DNA from: a virus
Taxonomy: Duplodnaviria > Caudoviricetes
DNA length: 52,367 nt
IMG/VR virus record: IMGVR_UViG_3300020045_007855
Location: 1-52,367 of that record
Strand: one strand, 5' to 3'
A program made the position numbers and the translations under genes. Shown here in pieces: positions 29,035-37,958 of this stretch (its first letter is position 1; every line of letters starts with the position of its first letter). The notes below the pieces were generated by a model. It saw nothing but the letters and a program-made list of their open reading frames with translations, was not told the origin of the DNA and did no database searches.

Positions 29035-29802
29035 ATGGAATATGAACGTAAATCACTCGAAAACTTTGAACACCGTTATACAATTTCAAACAAAGGGCGG
29101 ATTTACGATGTGCTAAAAAAGAAGTTTTTAAGGCCTCGGATTACACAAAGAGAAAAAAAGGAACAGCCCGCATACATCGTTGCACTTTATACGCACGACG
29201 GAAAAAGGACAACAATTAGATTAGCCAACACAGTAGCTAAACATTTTTGTAAAAATCCAAATGATTATACAAATGTGTATCATAAAGATGGAAATATTCA
29301 AAATAATAACGCTTGGAATTTAATCTATTTAGCACCAGACGTACACTATTGGGCCGTTCAGTTAAAAAGAGGGAAAGTGAAACGCCAATCTATTTTGAAA
29401 GGCGGTATTGCAAAAACATTTGAAAGAAGTATGGCAATCCAAGCCATAATGAAGTTGAAAAACAAAGGATTAGAAGAGGAATATTTGCTTAAGTACTATG
29501 AAACAGGTGATATTATTCACCTTTGGGATATTTATAAATCCTTAGAAAATAAGATTTATAGTAAAGCAAAATCAAGAATAAATGAGGAAGATGCTTTTGA
29601 TGTAATGATGGATTCTTGGTTTTATTTTATCGCTTGTGCCAAAAGAAATACAGTTCAAAATTATTGCTTCAAAACATGGCTAAATGCACTGGAATATAAA
29701 GCAATAGACTACTGGAAAGAAAATGTAAAAATGGTTTATTCCGATAATCCATATCAAAGCATAACTCCACGACATTCAGTAGAATTGCTGGATGAGTTGT
29801 AA
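29035..29802 (+). CDS. NUMOD4/HNH-like protein fused to a sigma-70 region-2-like domain
   Basis: YTISNKGRI (NUMOD4), VAKHF..NP....VYHKDGNIQNNNAWNL (HNH_3); C-terminal GD..LWDIY...DAFDVMMDSW...FKTWL......IDYWK. Confidence 0.6.
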   Translation: MEYERKSLENFEHRYTISNKGRIYDVLKKKFLRPRITQREKKEQPAYIVALYTHDGKRTTIRLANTVAKHFCKNPNDYTNVYHKDGNIQNNNAWNLIYLAPDVHYWAVQLKRGKVKRQSILKGGIAKTFERSMAIQAIMKLKNKGLEEEYLLKYYETGDIIHLWDIYKSLENKIYSKAKSRINEEDAFDVMMDSWFYFIACAKRNTVQNYCFKTWLNALEYKAIDYWKENVKMVYSDNPYQSITPRHSVELLDEL

Positions 29803-29927
29803 GAAACACGAATTATTAAAACTTTAATTAACAAAAAAATAGCGTTGCTACTTAGTTGTCAATCTGGGGTACGGTCGAAGCCTGCTTACAAAATTCGTGG
29901 AGTTTTTTAAATTTAAAAATCCCTATT

Positions 29928-30389
29928 ATGCAAAAATTAAAACTAACAACTGACTTCCGAACCAAGAAGTTAGCACGAGACGAAGCGATATTCAAGGAAT
30001 ATGAACTTCTGATGTCGCAACCGCAAGCGATGTCCACAATGGTAGCAGACCACATCATGAATAAGTATGAAATCTGCTCACGTTCAACGGTTTGGCAAAT
30101 TGTCAAGCGAGTGAAAGCAAAGAACGACTTTGATTACGCCAAAGGAATACTTGATAAGAAACTCAACATTACCGATGCCACATTGGCAAAACGTGATGAT
30201 GAAATCTTAGAAGAGTTTGAGGCCAAAAGAACCGAAAGCAGAGTTGAAAACGCAATAATTATGCGTCAATTGATGGCAAAGTACAAACTTTCACGACCTG
30301 CTTTATTTCAAGCAATCAAGCGTGCGAGACTACGAAACGACCCAGAGTTTAGACAAAAACATTTAGCCGAAATAAGCAATGGTAATTGA
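29928..30389 (+). CDS. Tandem-duplicated HTH-like DNA-binding protein
   Basis: Two copies of LAxRDxxIxxE...MxKYxxxRxxxxQxxKR. Confidence 0.6.
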   Translation: MQKLKLTTDFRTKKLARDEAIFKEYELLMSQPQAMSTMVADHIMNKYEICSRSTVWQIVKRVKAKNDFDYAKGILDKKLNITDATLAKRDDEILEEFEAKRTESRVENAIIMRQLMAKYKLSRPALFQAIKRARLRNDPEFRQKHLAEISNGN

Positions 30390-30657
30390 TTTTGAAAAGA
30401 TGCAAATGCAACTCGAAAGACAAGGGAGTTTGATTGAAGAGTTATACAAGATTATCAGCGAAAACGCCAACCGACCGCCAGTTCAGACAATTGAAGACAA
30501 GCCAATGAATGTAGAAGAGGCCAGTCTTTACTTGGGCATTCCAGTTCAAACGATTTATACCAAGAAAACCATTCCAAGACATAAGCAAGGCAAAAGAGTA
30601 TTCTTCCTTAGAAGCGAATTGCGGAGTTATGTTTTGGGCAAACCAATCAAGCCATGA
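30379..30657 (+). CDS. Excisionase-like HTH_17 protein
   Basis: MNVEEASLYLGIPVQTIY...IPRHKQGKRVFFLRSEL. Confidence 0.8.
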   Translation: MVIDFEKMQMQLERQGSLIEELYKIISENANRPPVQTIEDKPMNVEEASLYLGIPVQTIYTKKTIPRHKQGKRVFFLRSELRSYVLGKPIKP

Positions 30658-30770
30658 CAAATTTACAACCAATCCAGCAACAGGTTTTGCCAATGCCAAA
30701 GCCACGTAAAACCAAAAACGTACCACCACGTAAGCCAACTTACGAAATGATAGAAATGTTCGGACTATGA
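30654..30770 (+). CDS. 38-aa proline/basic peptide
   Basis: ATGA-coupled at both ends; manual translation. Confidence 0.45.
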   Translation: MTNLQPIQQQVLPMPKPRKTKNVPPRKPTYEMIEMFGL

Positions 30771-30916
30771 AAACAAGAACCATTACCCGAAGCACTTATC
30801 AAGGCTCAATTGATGCACTCAATAAGTTCTTTGATAGCAAGAAACTTTCATTCGTACACAGTTTGAATTGTTTCACATCAAATAATCAGTGTATTATTAA
30901 AATCACCTACGTATAG
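30767..30916 (+). CDS. 49-aa hypothetical protein
   Basis: ATGA-coupled; manual translation MKTRTITRSTYQGS... Confidence 0.45.
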   Translation: MKTRTITRSTYQGSIDALNKFFDSKKLSFVHSLNCFTSNNQCIIKITYV

Positions 30917-30946
30917 TTCAAGACGTAGGCCTTAAAAAACTTCAAA

Positions 30947-32917
30947 ATGAACATCATACTTAAAAAATTAAGCCTTGAAAACTTCAAAGGCTCAGGGAAA
31001 AATACGCTCAATTTTTCGCCAGAAACCAACATTTACGGAGCGAACGGAACAGGTAAAACAACACTGGTTGACGCTTTCACTTGGTTGTTATTCGGCAAAG
31101 ATTCAAGCGACCGCAAAGACTTTTCAATTAAGCCGCTTGACTTCATGGGTAAGCCAACTGAGAAGTTGGAAATCGAAGTAGAAGCTATCATCGAAATTGA
31201 CGGAGCAAACACGGTAATTAAAAGAAACTTCCGTGAAAAGTGGGTTAAAAAGCGTGGTGAGGAAGAAGCGGAATTTGCAGGAAACGAAACGGTATTTTCT
31301 TGGAATGAAGTTCCACTTTCTCAGAAAGAATTTCAAGAAAAGATTGCTTCAATCATGAGCGAAAACCTTTTCAAGATTGTAACGAATCCGCTTTACTTTA
31401 ACAGTCTGAAATGGCAAGATAAACGCCAAATATTAATCAATATGGTTGGCGGTGTTAGTGATGTAGAATTAGCAAATACCAACAAGTATTTATCCCTTCT
31501 AAACACCTTGAACGCTGGCAAAACGATTGAGGAATACAAAAAAGAATTGGCTTCCAAAACCAAAAAGATTCGAGAAGAAATGAAGGTTATTCCATCACGA
31601 ATTGATGAAGCCAGCAAATCAATTAAGGAAATCAAGGTGTCTGATTTTGAGGTATTGATTTTGGGTAAAAAAAACCAGTTGCAAAACATAGAAGAGCAAA
31701 TCAATAACTCTTCTAAGGCTCAAAAAGCGGAGCAGGAAACGGTTAAAGAGTTGACGCAGAAAGGTTTTGATATTGAAAACTCAATGCTGAAAATTGAGTA
31801 TTACGTCAAGATGAATCTTGAAAAAACGAGCCGTGAACGTGAGGAATTGATAAAAGGTTTACACGAAATTTATCAATCTAAAAACAGGTCTATCAATAAA
31901 TTTAGAGGGGATATTAATGAGCGTAATCGCCAAATTGAGCAAATTGAAAAAGAAGTTATTAGTCTAAGAGGAGATTTTGCCACCATTGCCAAAAAAGAGC
32001 TTGTTTTTGATGATGATTCATTTGTTTGTCCTACTTGTAAGCGTATTCATGAGACTGAGGATATTGAGGAGCAAAAACGTATTATGACCGAAAATTTTAA
32101 CGGTGACAAGGCTAAGAAATTACAGGAGATTAGGGAAAAAGGCAAAGCTAAAAACTCTGAAATTTCAAATCTTGCAAAAAGCAATGACGAGGATAGCCAA
32201 GAAATCAAAAATCTTGAAAAGTCTCGTGAAGATGTTAATTATCAACTGGCAATTCTCAACAAAGCCAAGCAGGAAGAAGAAGCAAAAGACAAAACCTTCG
32301 AACTTGAAGAAGCTCTTGCCAAAAACGAAGATTACCAAAAAGCAAAAGCAGAATTGGAAAAGGTAAAACAGGCAGTTGCTAACCGTCCAACTATCGAAGA
32401 AGCTAATCAGGAGTTATTCAAAGAAAAATCAGAAGTTCAAAAACAACTTGACGAGCTAAAAGGGTATCGGGTTCAAAAGTCCTTCAACGGTGTTCAAGAA
32501 AAGCGAATCGAGGAGCTTAAAGCCGAAATGAAAGCAATGTCTTCAGAACTAAATATCCTTGAAAAAATGGAGTTCCTGATTCAAGAATTTACGAAAGACA
32601 AGATTTCACTACTCGAAAGTAAGGTCAATGAAAAGTTTGAGTTTGTCAATTTCAAGATGTTTGAAACGCAAGTAAATGGTGGCGAGGTTGAAACGTGCGA
32701 GATACTGGTCAATGGTGTTCCTTTCAACGATGCCAACACCGCAGGAAAGATTCAAGCAGGTATCGACATTATCAACACGCTATCGGAACACTATCAGATT
32801 TTTGCACCGATTTGGATTGACAACCGTGAGTCAGTAACCGCAATACAACCAACCAGAAGTCAAATTATTAACCTGTTCGTAAGTCCAGAACATAAACAAC
32901 TAACTATCCATGAGTAA
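30947..32917 (+). CDS. Rad50/SbcC-like coiled-coil ATPase
   Basis: LSLENFKG, Walker A GANGTGKTT, long coiled coil with central CPTC zinc hook, IWIDNRES. Confidence 0.85.
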   Translation: MNIILKKLSLENFKGSGKNTLNFSPETNIYGANGTGKTTLVDAFTWLLFGKDSSDRKDFSIKPLDFMGKPTEKLEIEVEAIIEIDGANTVIKRNFREKWVKKRGEEEAEFAGNETVFSWNEVPLSQKEFQEKIASIMSENLFKIVTNPLYFNSLKWQDKRQILINMVGGVSDVELANTNKYLSLLNTLNAGKTIEEYKKELASKTKKIREEMKVIPSRIDEASKSIKEIKVSDFEVLILGKKNQLQNIEEQINNSSKAQKAEQETVKELTQKGFDIENSMLKIEYYVKMNLEKTSREREELIKGLHEIYQSKNRSINKFRGDINERNRQIEQIEKEVISLRGDFATIAKKELVFDDDSFVCPTCKRIHETEDIEEQKRIMTENFNGDKAKKLQEIREKGKAKNSEISNLAKSNDEDSQEIKNLEKSREDVNYQLAILNKAKQEEEAKDKTFELEEALAKNEDYQKAKAELEKVKQAVANRPTIEEANQELFKEKSEVQKQLDELKGYRVQKSFNGVQEKRIEELKAEMKAMSSELNILEKMEFLIQEFTKDKISLLESKVNEKFEFVNFKMFETQVNGGEVETCEILVNGVPFNDANTAGKIQAGIDIINTLSEHYQIFAPIWIDNRESVTAIQPTRSQIINLFVSPEHKQLTIHE

Positions 32918-33161
32918 CGAATTAGCACCGCAGTTGAGATTCAACAAAGACACGCCCTATAAACTATCAGTTTGTGTGTCATCGAAAGTAATGAAGAGAG
33001 AAAAGAAAGTCCTCTTCGAAGAAAGAAACGTGGTTTTTATGGGCTATATGCACGACAGCAAATATAAGCTCCTCACATTCAAAAGGCTCTATCCTAAACC
33101 CGATGTAAAAGAGCATTTTCACATCAAAGCCGATTACATTCATTCGGTTGAGCAACTTTAA
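32910..33161 (+). CDS. Hypothetical protein
   Basis: Overlaps the ATPase stop. Confidence 0.5.
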   Translation: MSNELAPQLRFNKDTPYKLSVCVSSKVMKREKKVLFEERNVVFMGYMHDSKYKLLTFKRLYPKPDVKEHFHIKADYIHSVEQL

Positions 33162-33196
33162 TTTTTATTTTATTTCACTTTAAAAAACTTCAAAAA

Positions 33197-34081
33197 ATGT
33201 CAACACAAACAACCGCACCGCAAAAATTCAACGAAAACACAGTTGATAGCGTATTAAGCAAAATTAATTCCTTCATCACCACTGGTGACTTAAAGATGCC
33301 GGCTAATTACTCAGTCGAAAATGCAGTTCGTTCCGCATGGTTATTTCTCCAAGAGACGAAAGACCGAAACGGAAAATTCGCCTTGGAAGTTTGCACACGT
33401 GAATCAATCGCAACGGCCTTTTTAGAAATGGTACTCAAAGGTTTATCGGTAGTCAAAAAGCAGGGTTATTTCATTGTTTACGGCAATAAACTTCAATTTG
33501 ATGAATCGTACTTCGGTACTATCACAATTGCAAAACGTGACGCAGGAGTAACCGAGCCAAATGCAAATATTATTTACAAAGGTGATGAATTTGAGTACGG
33601 AATTGATACCGAAACAGGACGTAAAAAAATCATCAAGCACATTCAAAAATTAGAAAACATTAATCCTCAAAACATCGCTGGAGCTTACGCAATTGTTAAT
33701 TACCAAGATGGCACGAGCGACGTTGAGATAATGACGCTTCAACAGATTCAGCAATCTTGGAGACAAGGAGCAACTAAAGGGGAATCACCAGCACACAAGA
33801 ACTTTCCCGACCAAATGGCAATGAAAACGGTAATTAGCAGAGCTTTGAAAATTAAAATCAGTTCTGCTGATGATTCTGAATTGATGCGTGAACCACAAAA
33901 TGCGGTAGAGGCTGAAGTAAAGCAAGAAATTGCCACAAACGCCAACAAGAAAACGCTTCCTGCTCCGAGTAAGGCAATTGAAGAAGCCAAGGTAATATCA
34001 ATTGATATTCCAGAAGCAAAGCCAGTTGCAACTGCGGTTGCTGACCAAAAGAATCCTTCCGAGGAAGAAATGGATTTTTAA
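33197..34081 (+). CDS. recT: RecT/Redbeta-family single-strand annealing protein
   Basis: CTRESIA...GLS..KKQGYFIVYG...GAYA...MAMKTVI; acidic C-terminal tail. Confidence 0.88.
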   Translation: MSTQTTAPQKFNENTVDSVLSKINSFITTGDLKMPANYSVENAVRSAWLFLQETKDRNGKFALEVCTRESIATAFLEMVLKGLSVVKKQGYFIVYGNKLQFDESYFGTITIAKRDAGVTEPNANIIYKGDEFEYGIDTETGRKKIIKHIQKLENINPQNIAGAYAIVNYQDGTSDVEIMTLQQIQQSWRQGATKGESPAHKNFPDQMAMKTVISRALKIKISSADDSELMREPQNAVEAEVKQEIATNANKKTLPAPSKAIEEAKVISIDIPEAKPVATAVADQKNPSEEEMDF

Positions 34082-34084
34082 GAA

Positions 34085-34804
34085 ATGGAGCTTAAAATTT
34101 TAGGTTCGGGTAGTAGTGGTAACTGCTACCTATTCCAAGACACAAACGGACAAACGTTAATGGTTGAGTGCGGAGTAAATTTCAAGGAGGTAAAGAAAGC
34201 AATGAATTTTGATTGCTCTAAGATTGTCGGGTGTATTCTCACACACGAACACGGCGACCACGCAAAATCAATTCACGACGTGTTAGGGCGTGGTATTCAT
34301 GTTTATTCAGCAAAAGAAACTTTAGAGGTTTTAGGAGCAGACAGAAACCCATACGCCAAACGATTAGACATTTACGAATATGAGCCAATTGGAAGTTTTT
34401 TAGTATTGAGCTTTGACGTAAAACACGATGCAGTTGCTCCACTTGGTTTTGTTATTTATCACCCCGAAATGGGTAATACGCTATTCTTAACCGATACGTA
34501 TTATGTGGAGTACAAATTTGATGATTTGAATAATGTATTAATCGAAGCGAATTACGACATCAATTTGGTTAGTGAAGGCTTTTTAAAGAACCGCATCATT
34601 CAGTCTCACATGAGTATTGACCAGTGCATCAACACTTTGAAAGACAACGATTTGAGCAATGTTAATCACATAGTCTTACTGCATTTATCGGACAGAAATT
34701 CAAATGCAAAGGACTTCAAGAAGCGAGCGGAGCAAGCAACAGGAAAGAACGTAGTAATTGCCGAAAAAGGCTTAATAATCAACGATTTTAATATTAGTTT
34801 TTGA
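34085..34804 (+). CDS. Metallo-beta-lactamase-fold nuclease (YycJ-like)
   Basis: LGSGSSGNCY, THEHGDH, HDA, TDT, IEANY, SHMS, LLHLS. Confidence 0.88.
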   Translation: MELKILGSGSSGNCYLFQDTNGQTLMVECGVNFKEVKKAMNFDCSKIVGCILTHEHGDHAKSIHDVLGRGIHVYSAKETLEVLGADRNPYAKRLDIYEYEPIGSFLVLSFDVKHDAVAPLGFVIYHPEMGNTLFLTDTYYVEYKFDDLNNVLIEANYDINLVSEGFLKNRIIQSHMSIDQCINTLKDNDLSNVNHIVLLHLSDRNSNAKDFKKRAEQATGKNVVIAEKGLIINDFNISF

Positions 34805-34805
34805 G

Positions 34806-35537
34806 ATGACAAAAGAACAAATTCTTCAAAATTGCACGGTTGACGGAACCGTAGTAAAATTACCAAGTGGCCAGCTTGACAGAAAACTTTATCAAGAGGT
34901 CGCTAAATCTTTAGAATTGATAGGTGGCAAATGGAAAGGAGGTAAGGTATTAGGTTTTGTTTTCCAATCTGACCCAAGCGATTTATTAGACCAAATAGCA
35001 AATGGTGAAAAAAGAAACCTAAAAAAGGAATTTCAATTTTTCGCAACTCCAGAAAAGCTTGCTGATGAATTAGTTTATTTGGCCGACCTAAAAAATAGTG
35101 ATACGATTTTAGAACCAAGTGCTGGACAGGGTGCAATTATTAAGGCAATCAACAAAGTTTGTTCTGTTGTGCCTAATTGTTTTGAATTAATGGAAGTAAA
35201 CACCATTATTTTAAAGAAAAGTGGTTTGAGTTTTGAATTAATTGGTGATGATTTCTTTAGACACAAGGGCCAAAAGTATAGCAAAATAATTGCGAACCCT
35301 CCATTTACTAAAAATCAAGACATAGACCACTTAAAAGAAATGTACGATTGTCTTTTAGATGGTGGAAGATTGGTTTGTATTACCTCTGAAAGTTGGGCAA
35401 ATGGCACACAAAAGAAACAAGTTGACTTTAAAAATTGGCTTGAAAAAGTTGAAGCCGAAGTGATAGACATTGAAAAGGGGGCATTCAAAGAAAGTGGAAC
35501 AATGGTAGGTGGTAAAATTATTGTAATTAATAAATAA
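34806..35537 (+). CDS. N6-adenine DNA methyltransferase
   Basis: QFFATP, LEPSAGQG (motif I), NPPF (motif IV). Confidence 0.85.
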   Translation: MTKEQILQNCTVDGTVVKLPSGQLDRKLYQEVAKSLELIGGKWKGGKVLGFVFQSDPSDLLDQIANGEKRNLKKEFQFFATPEKLADELVYLADLKNSDTILEPSAGQGAIIKAINKVCSVVPNCFELMEVNTIILKKSGLSFELIGDDFFRHKGQKYSKIIANPPFTKNQDIDHLKEMYDCLLDGGRLVCITSESWANGTQKKQVDFKNWLEKVEAEVIDIEKGAFKESGTMVGGKIIVINK

Positions 35538-35543
35538 CACCCC

Positions 35544-36308
35544 ATGCTAAAACTAACCAGACCAATAGTTTTCATAGACATCGAAGCAACAGGATTAGAT
35601 GTCCAAAACGACCGAATTGTTCAAATTGCTTTAACGAAGTTATCCCCAGATGGATCAAGAGTTTCAAAAAGCAGGTTAATAAATCCAGGGTTTCAAATAC
35701 CACCAGAATCAACTGACATTCACGGAATTACGGATGAAATGGTAAAAGATGTACCTTCATTCAAACTAATAGCAAATGGTTTAATCAATTTTATTAAAGA
35801 TTGTGATTTAGGAGGGTTCAACTCAAATATGTTTGACTTCCCGATGCTAAATGCTGAGATAACACGAGCAGGATATGAATTTGACTTCACACAGGTAAAT
35901 CTAATTGATGTCGGAAACATTTTCAAGATTCAGAATCCAAGGACTTTATACGCTGCATATAAGCAATACACAGGCAACGAACTTGAAAACGCTCACGATG
36001 CACAAGTTGATATTGACGCAACGGTTGACGTTTTCTTGAAGCAAATTGAATTACACGAGGATATTCCAGACACAATTGAAGAAGTTGCTTTGTATTCAAA
36101 TTACGGTCGAAAAATGGCGGATTTGTCAGGTAAGTTCTATTACGACGAGCAAGAGCAAGTAAGATTTAATTTCGGAAAACACCGCAACGAATTGGCAAAG
36201 GACCATTTAGATTTTGTAAGCTGGATGGTAAACAAAGCAGATTTTCCAGCCGATACGCACAGAATTGCACACGATATTTTAAGCACGTATTATTCTAACG
36301 ATTTTTAG
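35544..36308 (+). CDS. DnaQ-like DEDDh 3'-5' exonuclease
   Basis: DIEATG, FNSNMFD, AHDAQVD; C-terminal FNFGKH. Confidence 0.9.
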   Translation: MLKLTRPIVFIDIEATGLDVQNDRIVQIALTKLSPDGSRVSKSRLINPGFQIPPESTDIHGITDEMVKDVPSFKLIANGLINFIKDCDLGGFNSNMFDFPMLNAEITRAGYEFDFTQVNLIDVGNIFKIQNPRTLYAAYKQYTGNELENAHDAQVDIDATVDVFLKQIELHEDIPDTIEEVALYSNYGRKMADLSGKFYYDEQEQVRFNFGKHRNELAKDHLDFVSWMVNKADFPADTHRIAHDILSTYYSNDF

Positions 36309-36336
36309 CATCACTTTTTAATCAAAATCAAACACT

Positions 36337-36753
36337 ATGCAAGCACAAATTGGCGAAGGCCTAAAAGGTCAAGAATTAATTGACTTTCTATCAGCAAATG
36401 CTGACAATGTTGAGAAAATGACCTACATGAGGTATTTTGATAAAACAGAAGCCGAAGAACTAAAAGGCGAGCTTTCTACTCTATCAGTCACAATTAACGA
36501 CATTGAAGAAGAGCAAGCCGAAGTTATTTCTGAGTTCAAGGAAAGAAAGAAACCACTGGTAAAACGTCGCAAAGACGTATTGAAAGAACTCAAATGGAAC
36601 GGAACGCACGTAACTGAAAACGTTTTCAAAATGATTGACCACGAAAAGCGTTCAGTTGGCTATTATGACAAGTTTGGAAAGTTAATCAATAGCCGACCAG
36701 CTAATCCAGATGAATTCCAGCTTTCAATCATTCAACTTTCAAAAGCATCTTAA
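36337..36753 (+). CDS. Conserved hypothetical phage protein
   Basis: Coiled coil plus VGYY...G.LI.SRP...E.Q. Confidence 0.6.
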   Translation: MQAQIGEGLKGQELIDFLSANADNVEKMTYMRYFDKTEAEELKGELSTLSVTINDIEEEQAEVISEFKERKKPLVKRRKDVLKELKWNGTHVTENVFKMIDHEKRSVGYYDKFGKLINSRPANPDEFQLSIIQLSKAS

Positions 36754-36858
36754 TCAAGTAATTAACCAATAACAAAAATTAGGCTGGCAGATACGGTACT
36801 TTGTCAGGGGGTGCGAACAGTACGGGCCTAATTTTTCAAACCAACAATCAATCATCAA

Positions 36859-37566
36859 ATGGAAAATATCAATGTTAATTTAGAAGGCTTCCAAGGGCCA
36901 GTATTAGAAATCAGAGAGGGCAAAGCCTTGGAGCTTCAAAACCCAGTCGCAAATACTTATAGTGGTGTTATCGGTTCACCAAAGGAATTTATTAAGTATC
37001 GTTTAGGTCAGTTTAATCATCTCAATTCAATTGTTATCGTGAATCGTGACAAACTTTCAATTATGTTAAAAATTGATGAAAAGAACGTTTTTGGCGATTC
37101 GGTTTTGGGTAAACTCGAATTGAGCGATAAATTTAAAAAGTTTGGTATTAACAATGGAAAGTATATCACGGCTCACGAATTGGCTGACCTTTTCAAAATG
37201 AACCGAACTTCTTTTGAAAACAAAGACGTAGCAATGAAGTTAGTTGCTGACCTGCAAAATTTCCGTGCAAAGGTTAATGCCGAAATCGAGAAGAAAAACG
37301 ACAATCGAGCAAACATTACGGAGCTAACGAAACAAACGGTTAATTCTAACCTTCCTCAAAGTTTCAAAATCAAACTCGAAATTTTCAAAGGGCAAGACTC
37401 AAGTTTGGTGGAAGTTGAAATTTACATTCGTCCAGATGATTTGTGTTGCACCTTGGTAAGTGCCGAAGCCAACGACATCATCGAAATAACACGCAACCAA
37501 ATTATTGATGCGGAGCTTGAAGAAATTAGAACGCTTGCACCTGCAATTCTAATTATTGAACAATAA
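36859..37566 (+). CDS. Conserved hypothetical phage protein (possibly YfdQ/DUF2303-like)
   Basis: IREGKA..., SNLPQSF.I..EIFKG; paired with the upstream gene. Confidence 0.5.
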   Translation: MENINVNLEGFQGPVLEIREGKALELQNPVANTYSGVIGSPKEFIKYRLGQFNHLNSIVIVNRDKLSIMLKIDEKNVFGDSVLGKLELSDKFKKFGINNGKYITAHELADLFKMNRTSFENKDVAMKLVADLQNFRAKVNAEIEKKNDNRANITELTKQTVNSNLPQSFKIKLEIFKGQDSSLVEVEIYIRPDDLCCTLVSAEANDIIEITRNQIIDAELEEIRTLAPAILIIEQ

Positions 37567-37568
37567 CG

Positions 37569-37599
37569 AAAAAAACGGCATGGGTGAAATTCCCATGCC
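37569..37599 (-). terminator. Hairpin terminator
   Basis: GGCATGGG-TGAAATT-CCCATGCC with upstream A-run (U-tract on minus strand). Confidence 0.7.
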
Positions 37600-37681
37600 A
37601 AAATTTAAAGACGTATATAGTTTTGCGTTAGTTTTAACTAACAACTAAAAACATTAGAAAATAACGGAAAAGAAAAGCGGG

Positions 37682-37849
37682 TCATTTGGTTTTTAATTTT
37701 CGTCTTTCAATGTTTTCACGAATGAGCCTTGTTACATGAACAGTAAAATTCTCACTTGATATTTTTAGTTCCTGTTGAAGCTCCTCCCAAAACTCTGGCG
37801 TCATGTCGTAAGTCTTACGAATTGTCTTTGTTCTTTTTTGCGTTTCCAT
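37682..37849 (-). CDS. 55-aa ribbon-helix-helix (Arc-like) regulator
   Basis: Manual translation METQKRTKTIRKTYDMTPEFWEELQQELKISSENFTVHVTRLIRENIERRK; alternating strand then two helices. Confidence 0.55.
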   Translation of the reverse strand: METQKRTKTIRKTYDMTPEFWEELQQELKISSENFTVHVTRLIRENIERRKLKTK

Positions 37850-37958
37850 GTTTCAAAAATATGAATAATAAAAATAATTACAAAATAGTAAAGACTTTGT
37901 ATTGTTTTTGTAAATACAAATATTGATATTTGTATAAAAATAAAAAAATATACTTTTT

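Noticed and set aside
36774-36836. HDV-like/theta ribozyme (GCGAA before a P2-like strand)
   Set aside because: No room for P3/L3 between the P2 5' strand and the P1 3' strand
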